A stretch of DNA of 64,000 nucleotides. Source: Flectonema sp. DT1601 (lineage: Eukaryota). The notes below the pieces were generated by a model. The model was not told where the DNA came from. It ran no database searches and worked only from the letters and a program-made list of their open reading frames with translations. The stretch lies in contig OZ025788.1 of NCBI GenBank assembly GCA_964019425.1, positions 310,001 through 374,000 on the forward strand, written 5' to 3'. Numbering within the stretch: position 1 is the stretch's first letter; each line of letters begins with the position of its first letter. Position numbers and translations under genes: made by a program. Below, piece after piece: positions 11,869 to 23,109 of this stretch.

Positions 11869-12342
11869 AGCCTTGAAAAAAATTAAGGTATAGCTGCAGC
11901 GGCGAAAGAATGGCTTCTGAGCGAAAAAGACATTATTAGACCCTTGAAGTAGCAAAACTCTCAATTTTTTTTTTCCTTTATGAAGTGCTTTGCCAGAGTC
12001 ATTGGGTGAAGGACAAAAAAGAACAAAAAAAGAACACATCTCACTAACACTGTGATTGTCTCACAGTAATATGAGACGTTGTATGGTAGTGTTGTAACGC
12101 AATGTACCAAAGCTACACCATTATCGTTATGGAAAGAGTGTTTCTTAGTCATTCACTCAATAATAATATTATTTGAATTGAGTAAAGGAACCGATTACAA
12201 AGGAAACCTTTTCATCGTTTCCTTTCCTCATTTAATTTAATTAATTTTTTTCTTTTTTTTTGTCTTCCGATTGTGTTATGGATACTAACGACAATTATTG
12301 TCTTTATTTGAATAAATATATTGCAGTTCTTTTAATCAGTTT

Positions 12343-13479
12343 ATGTCATCTTTTATTCTTCAGAACATTTCAATGGAATTACCATATTCAGATGACTTTG
12401 ACGAATCACAGATGGTGATTGATCGTAATGGATACTACGGCAGATCAGGCCATTTTCACGCTTCTGAACTGGAGGGAAAATTAACAGCAGCCTACGGTCG
12501 GCATCACAAAGCTGTGATACTACCTTCAGGAATGGCAGCGATTGGAGCAGCTTTCAGCGCAGTGATAAACAAGACGGGTGGGCTGGCTCATAATATAATT
12601 ATGGGTGACGAACTCTATTGTGATACACCAAGAACTATTAAATATCTCTGCAAGACAATAAATCACAAAGTTCAAACAGTTAACATCTCTGACGACGGAC
12701 AAATAGAAAAATCAATATCAACGACGGATACTAAATACCCAATCATACTATTCTTGGAGACTTGTAGCAACCCTTGTGGTGATATTTTTAATTTCGATAA
12801 GATCAAGTCTCTTCAGAAAATGGCTCAGAAACGAAAACAACAACTCACCATAATAGCCGACAACACCTGGCTTACCAGCGCGTTATTCAATCCCTTCGAT
12901 TATAACGTCGATTTGGTTGTTGTATCTCTCACCAAATACTATTCTGGAGGTGCCTGCATAGGAGGGGCTGTAATGGGAAACGGGAATCTAATTAAGTCCG
13001 TTGAGGAGTATGTTCGTGTTATGGGAATCCACACCTCCCCTTTTAACTGTGTAACAATCCTGAAAAACATTGATGAAACCCCTTCAAGAATTAAACAAAC
13101 ATCTTCCGTGACTCAGCATATTGTTGATCACTTTACGAAGTCGGGTAGTGGGGTTAGGGATTGCATTGTGTATGTTGGTTTATCAAGTCACAAATCTCAC
13201 GATCGATTAAAGAAATTTTGTAACGGAGTTGGGCCTTCAGTGTTTACGATGACTGTACCACTTACGAAGAATAAAGTTATTGATATTATGAAAAAGCAAA
13301 CATTCTTTCCTTATTTGACTTCATTTGGTTCTCTGACTACGAGAGTTGATCCCTGGCCAACACGTTTAGAAGATACGACCAGAATTAGAATAGCTATTGG
13401 ATATGGTGATGAAGAAACCACTGAGATACTTATATCAAAGTTCACAAAACTGTTTCAAGTACTTGGAATGAAAGTTTAA
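12343..13479 (+). CDS. Cys/Met metabolism PLP-dependent enzyme (cystathionine gamma-lyase/synthase family), divergent
   Basis: Motifs YGRSG, PSGMAAI, FLETCSNP, ADNTW, SLTKYYSG (PLP lysine), TSFGS and IRIAIG occur in family order. Confidence 0.88.
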   Translation: MSSFILQNISMELPYSDDFDESQMVIDRNGYYGRSGHFHASELEGKLTAAYGRHHKAVILPSGMAAIGAAFSAVINKTGGLAHNIIMGDELYCDTPRTIKYLCKTINHKVQTVNISDDGQIEKSISTTDTKYPIILFLETCSNPCGDIFNFDKIKSLQKMAQKRKQQLTIIADNTWLTSALFNPFDYNVDLVVVSLTKYYSGGACIGGAVMGNGNLIKSVEEYVRVMGIHTSPFNCVTILKNIDETPSRIKQTSSVTQHIVDHFTKSGSGVRDCIVYVGLSSHKSHDRLKKFCNGVGPSVFTMTVPLTKNKVIDIMKKQTFFPYLTSFGSLTTRVDPWPTRLEDTTRIRIAIGYGDEETTEILISKFTKLFQVLGMKV

Positions 13480-13829
13480 ACTTCTCTCTCTTCCTCTTTA
13501 AATAATTGATCTACAGAACATTAACTATCCTTCGTTTTGTTGAATCAATTATTTTTGTTGGGCCGATTGTTTTTTTTAGTTATTTTATTTACATTTTTTG
13601 GTACCTCAGTCCTCAAATAATAAAAAAAGAAAAAAAATAATCGGCAAACTTCACTTTTTACTTTTTACCCTCACACATTTTTTGTGCGCAACCCAGACAA
13701 AATCCTAATAAAGGAATAGGTTAGTTAAGCTGGCACAATTATATTTCTACCGAACGATGGGTTTGTAGGTACAAAAAAAAAAAAAAAATTAATTTATTTC
13801 CCCTCTCAGAGTGGTGACAATATTAATGA

Positions 13830-14945
13830 ATGCCGCCACCACTGAAGCACATCACTCAGCTGCTGTTTCTAATTATCAGTTGTGGGTTGGGAGTGACGTT
13901 AGTGAATGTGAATAGTTCGATTTCACACGTTGATCGAAAAGTGTTAAAACATGATGATAGAATAGAGCAGCGGCAACAACAACAGCAGCAACAACAACCT
14001 ACCCCAATAACAGAAATAGACGCTAAAGATCACAGTGATCACGGTGTCAATTCTGAAGACTCTCTCACCTCAGAAGGAGACACAGACTCTGACACTGATC
14101 GAATTATGTTTTTTTGTATGCAAACTAAAAAAGCATCAGCTTGGTGTAGAATGTTAGAATCAGCATCACACTTTGGTATCAGTATAGACCATCCTTCATG
14201 GGGATCATCTTACACTCATGCGAAGAGAATTGGTTGGGTTTTAAAAGCAATAAGTAAACTACCAGACAGTACTATTGTTTCATTCTCTGATGGTACTGAT
14301 GTTATGTTTAATGGCGGAGCTTCCGAAATAATGAACCGTTTTCGACAGTTGGAAGAAAAAAATTCAAAGAGTTTATTCTTTAATGCGGAAAAAAGCTGTT
14401 ATGCGCAGCAAGCCTTCCCAGATGCTCCATGCAGTAAAGGTTGTAAATGGGCATTGCGGAAAGCTCGTTGTATTGCAAGTTATAGGAATAATGTTTGGAT
14501 AAATGGTACTTCCGAAATACCGAAATGGAGGTATCTGAATGCGGGTTGTTTCATTGGGAGAGTTGGTGCAGTTCGTCAATTCTTTCAAAAGGTTTACGAG
14601 GTCACATTCAAAAGTGATGGAACACTTCGTTCAGGAATCTGGTGTGACCAATCTATGATTACAAAAGTACTTTTATCAAAATCAATGTCCCACATTGTAT
14701 CTCTTGATGTCGATAATAGAATTTATCTACCAACTTATCACTTACATTCTTCTATTGATTTATGTCCTCAAGACTCGCTGCATGTTTGTGGAACACCGGG
14801 TGATGAACAACCTCTTATATTTCACCTCAATGGGAAATCAGCATCGTCTCTGCATACTCATCCGTGGTCAGGTATTAAGGGAAACCCCAATTCTATTCAT
14901 AAGATTCTTGGAGTCAATAAGAGAATGTCTGAAATATGTAGCTAG
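13830..14945 (+). CDS. Type II membrane glycosyltransferase, PLOD N-terminal GT / ESAG3-like
   Basis: N-terminal TM segment and poly-Q stem, then FSDGTDV, FNAEKSCY, RYLNAGCFIG, CDQ, LDVDNRIY and PLIFHLNG. Confidence 0.8.
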   Translation: MPPPLKHITQLLFLIISCGLGVTLVNVNSSISHVDRKVLKHDDRIEQRQQQQQQQQPTPITEIDAKDHSDHGVNSEDSLTSEGDTDSDTDRIMFFCMQTKKASAWCRMLESASHFGISIDHPSWGSSYTHAKRIGWVLKAISKLPDSTIVSFSDGTDVMFNGGASEIMNRFRQLEEKNSKSLFFNAEKSCYAQQAFPDAPCSKGCKWALRKARCIASYRNNVWINGTSEIPKWRYLNAGCFIGRVGAVRQFFQKVYEVTFKSDGTLRSGIWCDQSMITKVLLSKSMSHIVSLDVDNRIYLPTYHLHSSIDLCPQDSLHVCGTPGDEQPLIFHLNGKSASSLHTHPWSGIKGNPNSIHKILGVNKRMSEICS

Positions 14946-15474
14946 TCTCTGGGGGGACAGAGAGCGCTTTGGCGTTTTAAATCCCGTACTTGGTTGGGGT
15001 TTATTTCTATGAGTTTTCGTTCAGTTTTAAACTTCGTAAAAAAAAAAAAAAAAAAAAAAACTGTTTCGTGAAACACGTGCATTTTTTTTTTTTTTAAATT
15101 ATTTTTTTTTAATAAATTTTAAATTTCTTTTTAATAATAGAAGATACGTATGTTTCGTTTTTCGGGTGACAGCATCTTTGAAAATTTAAAAACGCCCTAT
15201 ATTTTCCCCCAAAAAACTTTGGTCAACGTAATAAATATTTTTTTTTTTTAAATTCAAAGGTAATTCCTTTATTCTGATTACCACTGGAAAATGTTTAAAA
15301 TGACAGCCAGTGTAGTTACCAGCTGCTCACATTGCTTTCAAGAAAAGTTTTGAGGCTTGTGAGAACTAAATTGAGAAATATAAGTAAACAAGTAAACGAT
15401 TAAGTTGTAAGTCTCACAGTTAAAAATAAAATTGTGTATTTTTATTTTCCAACAGGTGCGGCTCATCTTCATAA

Positions 15475-18372
15475 ATGGGAATCGCATGCTGCAAGAAAAA
15501 GAATGACGACGAAGCTGATGATGCTGAAGGACTTCTCGACTCTGATGACAAACTGGCAGTCGAGGAACTACTACAAGACGCTGAAGAAGGAGAAGGAGGA
15601 ATGTCGTTAGAGTTTTCTATTGAATGCAGAGGTCTGCCTGATAAAGACAAGTTTAGTAGAAGTGATCCTTTTTGTATTTGTTTCTTACAAGAAGGTGATG
15701 ACCATGCTGGAAGACAAATGCTTGGGCGTACTGAAACAGTTTTGAACTGCCTGACTCCAATATTCACAGTTCCTATCATGTGTTCTGTCAGTAGTGATCT
15801 TAGTGATAAAGTCGTTACTATGGAAGTGTACCACGAGAGATCACGAGAACTCGACTATGATGAACAAGTCTTTATGGGTGAATGTAAAATTTTATTAAAA
15901 GACTTAATGGACACAATTGGTCAACAAAGTAAACTCCCACTTGCTAACGATCGACTTGAAGACGCAAAAGCAGGTTTTGGACTTGCTTTCGACAAAGCAG
16001 CAGCTGTAGCAGGACAGACCTTAAACATCGCAAGTAACCTCGTTAATACATTTTTAACGGGAGGTAAATCAGCTGAATCAGATCCTCATATTTATGTTAC
16101 AGTAGAACGTGCTTTAAATGTTCAAGAAGAAGTTGTAATTGAGTTATCCGGCTCGCACTTAGAACGTCCAAAAACCCAACTGGGATTTGGTAAGTCTGCC
16201 CTCGCAAATTACTTTCTGGTAGTCAGTCGAGTTCAGGGTACTAAAATGATGCCTGTCGCGAAGACTAATGTAGTAAGACAATTCTTCACAAAGGATACAA
16301 TTCAAAAGGGATCAAATCCTGACTGGAAACCCCTTCGAAGTAAAACATTTCGAATTTGTAATAACAACTTCGAGTGTCCACTACTATTTCAACTATTTGA
16401 TTACAATCAGTTTGACGGTGGATCTCATCAACTTATCGGACAAGCGAGAACAACACTTGCGGCACTCAGATCTGGTGCTGTTGAATCAATGGCTCTCCTT
16501 AACGAAGAAAAACTTGGAGACAAAAAATACATCAACAGTGGAGAGATTATCGTACGGAAATGTAAACTTTTAACATCTTACTCTTTCTTAGATTATGTAA
16601 AAAGAGGTTTTGAGATCAATTGCACAATCGCTATTGACTTCTCCGCTTCAAACGGAAAAGCATCGGACCATCCTGAGTCTCTTCATTTTATAGACCCCGT
16701 TGATCCTGTGGCCAATCCGAATGATTACACGCAGGCAATCAAGTCAGTTTGTAAAATTATCGGTCGATATGATAAAGATCAGATGTTCCCAGTATTTGGT
16801 TTTGGAGCAAAATTTATGAAAAAGGGAGTCGTGAAAGTTGAGAATTGTTTCCCGGTATCCATGGATAAAAAAGAAGTTGAAATCCAAGGAGAGGCAGCTA
16901 TCGTGAGAAAGTACATCAACTGCGTTGAGAAAGTGATCCCAGCTGAACCTACAAAACTAGCACCGGTTATACGAAACACTCTTGAGGAAGCAAAGGAGAA
17001 CTCAAGAGATAATCCTGATCAACCTGGTTATTCATTACTTGTGGTATTAACTGATGGTCAAATAGATGATATGACTGAAACAATTGATGTTTTAGTAGAA
17101 TGCTCATACCATGCAATGTCAGTTCTAGTTGTTGGTATTGGTGAAGGTGAAGAAGGTGATGGTTTTACTCAAATGAAATACCTCGATGAGACAAAACTCA
17201 GATCTCACATCACAGGTCGTCCTCTCCGAAGAGATGTTGTAAACTTCGTTTCTTGGAATGACAACAAAGGAAGGAATGCAAATGATTTTGCAAGAGCTTG
17301 TTTATCAGAAGTTCCAAAACACTTTTTATCATGGGTAGAGATGTCTGGATTCTCTCTCGATAAAGTCCACGACGAGGAACACGCAGGAGTTCGTACCCAT
17401 TCAGATCCTCAATCTACTGCAGCAGAATCGGTGGTTTCTCAATTAGATTTGGGAAAATATGTTCTCGGCGTTGAAGAAGTAGAAGTCGGAAAACAGTACA
17501 TTGTTCACGGTCTGGTTGGAAGCTCTCATCTCAACGGAGAAGTAGGAACTGTAGTTAGAAAACAAGATTCTCATTATGTTATTGAGCTCTCTGAAGGAGA
17601 GTGTGCGATGGCTCCTTCTAATTTAAAACCTTCACCGAATGGAGATATGGAATCTGCTTCACAAATACCTGTTCAGTTAGATGGTAATTCTCACTACACA
17701 CCACCTCAGTTAGCTTCACTTGATAAGAGTCCAAGGATGAGGAAAGGTTCTTTTTCATTAGAAGCCCCAAAGATACCATTATCACCACCTGCAGCAGGTT
17801 CTGAAATATCAGCGTCAGGTACTCGATCGAGAAAGAGATCAGTTGGGTCGTTGCCAGATAACATTCCTAATGAGAAATCTATGAAAATCAATCCCTATGG
17901 ACCTGCTGTTTCTGGTCGGGGTCGAGGGAAGCTTATTCCACCAACAATCCCAACTGGATCATCGAGTGGCATTAGTTTTAGAGGAGGGATGCTTAATGAT
18001 CTTCAACGTGAGAAAACTACTGCTGTTAATAAAGAAGATTTCGACCAAGCAGAGTCACTCAAACACCAAATAAATAGTTTAAAGTCTGACACCAGCAGCC
18101 ATTCATCAAAAGGATTTGCAGCGGGTACGAGAGTAGTACTTCGTGGATTATATCGTCATAAAGATCTGAATAATAAAAAGGGAACTCTTGTTCAACTACT
18201 GCCGGATAACCTCGCTGTGGTTGACATGGGAATGTGTGGACTCGAATTCATAGGTGAGAGAACTATTTCAATGGCGAATGTTAAGATGGCTCCTCCAGAA
18301 GTACAAAATCCACCCATGCCACCCTCCCGCCAACGCGGAGGACACTCCCTCAGTCGCGCATTAGAAGTATAA
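15475..18372 (+). CDS. Copine family protein (C2-C2-vWA) with long C-terminal extension
   Basis: DKDKFSRSDPF (C2), YSFLDY, AIDFSASNG, YDKDQMFPVFGFGA, LTDGQI, MSVLVVGIG and RDVVNFV. Confidence 0.93.
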   Translation: MGIACCKKKNDDEADDAEGLLDSDDKLAVEELLQDAEEGEGGMSLEFSIECRGLPDKDKFSRSDPFCICFLQEGDDHAGRQMLGRTETVLNCLTPIFTVPIMCSVSSDLSDKVVTMEVYHERSRELDYDEQVFMGECKILLKDLMDTIGQQSKLPLANDRLEDAKAGFGLAFDKAAAVAGQTLNIASNLVNTFLTGGKSAESDPHIYVTVERALNVQEEVVIELSGSHLERPKTQLGFGKSALANYFLVVSRVQGTKMMPVAKTNVVRQFFTKDTIQKGSNPDWKPLRSKTFRICNNNFECPLLFQLFDYNQFDGGSHQLIGQARTTLAALRSGAVESMALLNEEKLGDKKYINSGEIIVRKCKLLTSYSFLDYVKRGFEINCTIAIDFSASNGKASDHPESLHFIDPVDPVANPNDYTQAIKSVCKIIGRYDKDQMFPVFGFGAKFMKKGVVKVENCFPVSMDKKEVEIQGEAAIVRKYINCVEKVIPAEPTKLAPVIRNTLEEAKENSRDNPDQPGYSLLVVLTDGQIDDMTETIDVLVECSYHAMSVLVVGIGEGEEGDGFTQMKYLDETKLRSHITGRPLRRDVVNFVSWNDNKGRNANDFARACLSEVPKHFLSWVEMSGFSLDKVHDEEHAGVRTHSDPQSTAAESVVSQLDLGKYVLGVEEVEVGKQYIVHGLVGSSHLNGEVGTVVRKQDSHYVIELSEGECAMAPSNLKPSPNGDMESASQIPVQLDGNSHYTPPQLASLDKSPRMRKGSFSLEAPKIPLSPPAAGSEISASGTRSRKRSVGSLPDNIPNEKSMKINPYGPAVSGRGRGKLIPPTIPTGSSSGISFRGGMLNDLQREKTTAVNKEDFDQAESLKHQINSLKSDTSSHSSKGFAAGTRVVLRGLYRHKDLNNKKGTLVQLLPDNLAVVDMGMCGLEFIGERTISMANVKMAPPEVQNPPMPPSRQRGGHSLSRALEV

Positions 18373-20171
18373 ACTGAATTGAGTTGTAGCACGGCTTCTG
18401 CTTTGAGCTCTCCCTCAATTCTCAAGGGTAATCCGTCACACGTTATCTTTTAAATAAGAAAACGACGATACCTTTTTTTCTATAGAAAAAAGAGTAGTTT
18501 TGTTACCAAATTTATGCTATCGGTGGTGACTCTTTGAGTGGGTTCCTTGTCCCACCAATTATGACAAACAATGGCAACCCTGTTCCATTCACTTTTAAAA
18601 AGCAAAAAAAAAAAAAAAGATTATTCGAATTACCATTCCAATCCCGAACCTCTTTCGTTTCTTGTTTGTTTTGTTTAATTGTCGTTTTTTTTTTTCTATT
18701 TTATTTTTAGTTTTTACTGTATAGCATCTCTCATCGGAGCAATGCAATTTTCTTTTGCACCGACATGGTCGGAGAAAAAATTATTCAGATTAAAGAGCCG
18801 TTTTATTTATTTATGTCAAATGTTATCTATTTTCCCTGTGCGTCAGTGTTACTGTCTGCGATCAACAAAATATATAAGGCTTCATCTGAGATGGTTTTTT
18901 TCTTTCTTTTCTTTTCTTTTTTCAAATTGAAGAAATCACAGAACCAGTTGACGAGCTTCTTATGGGACGACATTGTTGTGTGCTACCTTGTGGATCTTTT
19001 GTCTGTATTACTATTCTTTGAGAGTGAGTTTTGTTATTTCTATGGAATCTGCAATTAATGTTTTGTGTTTTATGGGCGGCGTTCTTCCACAGGGAACGTT
19101 TGCAAAGTAGGAAGCTATCGTTGGCAGCTGTTTTTGAGGATTCAAGGTTTAAAAAAAAAAAAAAAAAAAAAAAAACCTGCCAACCCACCCTTTTGTATGT
19201 TTTTTCGGTTTTATTTATTTACTCATTTATTTTGTTACGATATTCGTGTTTTGAGCGGTTAGTTGGTATTGTAGTTCGTAGAAGGCCATTATTAGTAGTT
19301 ATCTTAACGCGCAACTCGTGCAGCTACAGGTCTGTGATTAGTTCAAGTCCGTCTGAGTAGGTTTCCCTTTAGCTTTACTACAATAGCAGGGTGTTCAAGT
19401 TGTATTAGTATTACCTTATAGTCAACATGTATCATAAGTTACTAATTGTTTAAGTTAGTTAGCGTTTGATACATCATAAGTACGTAAGCTCTCAAACAGT
19501 TAACCCCCCCTGACTTTAATTAGTTTTGGTTATGATATCTTTCTGTGAGGGTTTTTTAAAAAGAAAATTTTTTTTTTTTGTGGTAGCTTTTTCTGACTTT
19601 GCTTTGCCAGCTGTTTTTATTTTAATTTTCGTCAGCCGTCTCTTGCTTTGTGCATGTGGTGGCTCTGGCACTTATTTCTGGTCAATTTAAGTCTCTTTTG
19701 TGAGAGTCTCACGATTGTGGTGTCCGACCCCGTGAGCTTCTACGAGGGTTTCACTGACTACGATAAATAAATAGGTTTCAGGATGCTATGGATTAAAGAT
19801 ATCAACAGAGAACAGGTCTTGTGTTTCGGTTTGTTTTAGTTCTGTTTCAGATCGAACTTCACCTTCAACTCTAGTCTCCTAATGGAGTTGTGATACATTA
19901 TATACCTGTTGTTTGGCACACTGTCATAACCGTTCGAAACATCGAACGCCTTGTTTTCCCTTTTGTAGAGTTTCTGAAGTGCCTTTGCGTATCTTTTTAG
20001 ATTCGTAGCTGGTTTATTTTCTGCTCGGTCACAATTACATTTCTATATTAAAAATGTTAAAATTGTGTGAACTGTTGTTCTGGTGACATCATTACGGGTG
20101 GTAAAGACTACTCACTGGTGAAGAAGTATTGATTACAACACCTTCTCAAAGGTAAATAAAACATCACAACC

Positions 20172-20837
20172 ATGCCAGCAGTTCGTATTGCTCCATCACT
20201 GTTAGCGAGTGACCTCGCTAATCTAGCTCATGATGCAAAAAGAGTATTGACAGCAGGAGCTGACACTCTTCACTTGGACATTATGGACGGACACTTCGTA
20301 CCAAATCTAACATGGGGACCACCAATTGTAGAAAGTCTTAGAAAGAACTTACCAGACGCATACTTAGACTGTCACCTTATGGTTACGGAACCACTTCAGT
20401 GGATTGAACCTTTAAAAGGTATAGCTAACAGATATACATTTCACATTGAGGCAGCAAAGGAAAAAACACCCGAGGTAATTAGAACTATCAGAGAAGCTGG
20501 TATGGAAGTAGGTCTTGCGCTCTCACCTGAGACACCAGTTGAGGATGTTGTTCCTTACGCAAAAGATGTTGATATGGTACTGGTGATGACTGTTAGACCT
20601 GGTTTTGGTGGACAATCATTCATGCCTGAGTGCTTATCGAAGGTTTCTCATTTAAGAAAATTACACCCGGAACTCAACATTCAAGTCGATGGTGGACTTG
20701 GGCCCGCAACAATCGATGAGGCAGCAAGAGCTGGAGCCAATGACATTGTCGCCGGTTCATCAGTTTTCAAAGCACCTGATGCGAGTGCAGTAATTAAAAC
20801 TATGCGCACTGCCGTTCAGAATGTTACTAAGGCATAG
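20172..20837 (+). CDS. RPE: Ribulose-phosphate 3-epimerase
   Basis: IAPSLL, HLDIMDGHFVPN, DCHLMV, VMTVRPGFGGQ, IQVDGG and VAGS. Confidence 0.97.
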   Translation: MPAVRIAPSLLASDLANLAHDAKRVLTAGADTLHLDIMDGHFVPNLTWGPPIVESLRKNLPDAYLDCHLMVTEPLQWIEPLKGIANRYTFHIEAAKEKTPEVIRTIREAGMEVGLALSPETPVEDVVPYAKDVDMVLVMTVRPGFGGQSFMPECLSKVSHLRKLHPELNIQVDGGLGPATIDEAARAGANDIVAGSSVFKAPDASAVIKTMRTAVQNVTKA

Positions 20838-21123
20838 ATTCCAAAATACTTTTTGAAAGGGGAAAAAAAAAAAAAAAAAAAAAGCAATAAAAAAAAGAAA
20901 AAGGATCCCCTTTATTCGGGTTTTTTTTTCTATGGCATATCTGTCGAGTCTGATGTTTGTTGTTTTTTTCCTCTATTTTTTCACTCCCAATCATCGTCCT
21001 GGAAGTGGCGTAGTTGTGGAGTGTTGTTTGTTGCTTTGGCTGTTTGGAATTGAAAAAAAAGGTACCACGTGGAAATAAAAAACAAATAACAAGGCAATAG
21101 CTCCGCCGTTTGTTGTATGTTTG

Positions 21124-21154
<31 letters not shown>

Positions 21155-21621
21155 CCATTTGGTCGCAATACATTTGGCGTTCGTTTTTGCTCACCGCTGT
21201 AAGGCTGTGAACAGATATAGGAAAGTAAAGCGTTATTGTAGTTTCCTCACATATTAATGCAAGGAGAATGGTCTGTTTTTTCGCCTCTTTTTTTTTTTTT
21301 TTTTTTTAAAAGAAGTTTTACTCGCTTCTTCATTCCGCTTGTAGTAGCCTGGCAACTGAGGATCGATATTACTTCGTTATTTGAGTTCGTGAGGAGATCA
21401 CGCTGATTGTTAATCTTCTTCTTGTTGGTAAGAAAATATTTTTCTTTAAGTAGGTAACCCACCAGTCGGGTTGTTTGACAAATAGTGTCCTAAGGCAAGC
21501 TCGATATGCGATCTTTATTATCAATTCACGTTGTGAAAGCATAGCTGATTTCTATTATTGTATTTACCTATCGCAGCTGTTTTTTTTTTATTTTTTTAAA
21601 AAAAACAAACAAATAAATAAA

Positions 21622-23109
21622 ATGACTTCACTACGGCTTCTACTAGCCTTGAGCTTAATAGGAAGCTGTATTGGTATTGTTGACATGAGTGGAGGATTTA
21701 TGAAACTAATTCAAGGCTATCAGATTCCTGTGGTTTCGAAGTTAGGTCAGTCGTGTATTCCTCAGGAGGCCCACAAGGCATGTGGTAATTTTGCATGTGT
21801 TAACAACACCTGTAGTAAGTGTATCACAGACTCTCAATGTGGAGTAGAGAGTGAAGTTTATGTCTGCAATGCTGCTGCTGGTGACTGCGTTTTAAAACCT
21901 CTCCAAATGACTGCTCTCACATATAATGAAACGGTTGCTGGTATTCTCGCATTTATAATTACATCGTTAGCAGCTGTAGCCGGTATTGGTGGAGGTGGGA
22001 TGCTTGTTCCTCTTTATATTCTTGTTGTTGGTTTTCCACCTGGTCTGTCAGTTTCAATGTCTCAAGCGACCATCTTAGGATGTTCAGGATTAAATATGTT
22101 AATAAAGTTAACTGAGTCACATCCTGATGGAGGTCCTCTAATTGATTACAATGCCGTCATGATTCTAATTCCAATGACACTTAGCGGTACATTACTTGGT
22201 CATATGATTGGTAAAGTACTTCCTGATTGGCTTCGACTTGGACTTCTTATTCTCTTGTTATCCTACATGCTTAAGAGAACTATGGCAAAAGCAAGAAAGG
22301 CAGCAGAAGCTGACGCTAAAGGAGAACAAGACAGAGGCACAGCTGAAAGTCTTTTGAAAAAAAAAGCAGATGCCTTAGAAGGAAGTTCCAACTACAATAA
22401 TGTTATTGAAAGACGTTTTAAACAATTTCCAGTTGGTAAATGGTTGTACTGTGTTGTTGTTTGGTGTTCTTTAGTGTACCTGTCGTACAGTAGACAGAAT
22501 GGTATTGCTTGTGGAAGTAGTTCTTACTGGGCGATTACAGCAGCGATGGTTGCATCGATGGTTGTATTAACAGCACTAGCTGGTCGTTACTTAAAGAATG
22601 AAGATGAGAGTGCTCAAGCTGCAGGCTATCGTATGCGAGAAGATGAAATTGAATGGAATGCCGACACAACCTTCCGCTATCCGTTGATCTCTGTGACAGC
22701 TGGAATTGGTGCTTCTCTATTGGGTATTGGAGGAGGTATGATTTTGGGAATATTATTATTTGAAATGTCCAACAAAATTAAACCTGAAGTATCCGCAGCA
22801 ACAGCAGCAGTTGCAACGGCTCTCGTTGCATCAAAGGCCTCTGCTGAGTTTTATATTTACGGAGAATTACCAATTGACTACGCGTTATACTTTATCATAA
22901 TTGGATGCCTTGGAACCTGTCTTGGCCAAGGACCTATTCGACTATTCATCAAAGCCAACAACAAGTCATCTTGGATCGTGTATGCTCTTGCAATAATAAT
23001 CGCTGGATCACTTGTTGCTCTTACAGCAGTTGGTATTATTAATGTTTACAGTACTTGGACTAATGGAGGTAGTATGGGATTCGGTTCCTTGTGTGGTAAG
23101 GCGGAATAG
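21622..23109 (+). CDS. TauE/SafE (sulfite exporter) family membrane protein with N-terminal signal and Cys-rich domain
   Basis: Two repeats, AGIGGGGMLVP and LGIGGGMIL, plus PLIDY. The first ATG follows an A-rich tract at 21622; the track's 21475 start is an upstream non-ATG extension. Confidence 0.88.
   Translation: MTSLRLLLALSLIGSCIGIVDMSGGFMKLIQGYQIPVVSKLGQSCIPQEAHKACGNFACVNNTCSKCITDSQCGVESEVYVCNAAAGDCVLKPLQMTALTYNETVAGILAFIITSLAAVAGIGGGGMLVPLYILVVGFPPGLSVSMSQATILGCSGLNMLIKLTESHPDGGPLIDYNAVMILIPMTLSGTLLGHMIGKVLPDWLRLGLLILLLSYMLKRTMAKARKAAEADAKGEQDRGTAESLLKKKADALEGSSNYNNVIERRFKQFPVGKWLYCVVVWCSLVYLSYSRQNGIACGSSSYWAITAAMVASMVVLTALAGRYLKNEDESAQAAGYRMREDEIEWNADTTFRYPLISVTAGIGASLLGIGGGMILGILLFEMSNKIKPEVSAATAAVATALVASKASAEFYIYGELPIDYALYFIIIGCLGTCLGQGPIRLFIKANNKSSWIVYALAIIIAGSLVALTAVGIINVYSTWTNGGSMGFGSLCGKAE

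Noticed and set aside
18679..21462. Short poly-Lys/poly-Phe ORFs (also at 2260, 10183-11037, 28063-28651, 55265 and 55893-56194)
   Set aside because: Translations of intergenic A/T homopolymer runs.
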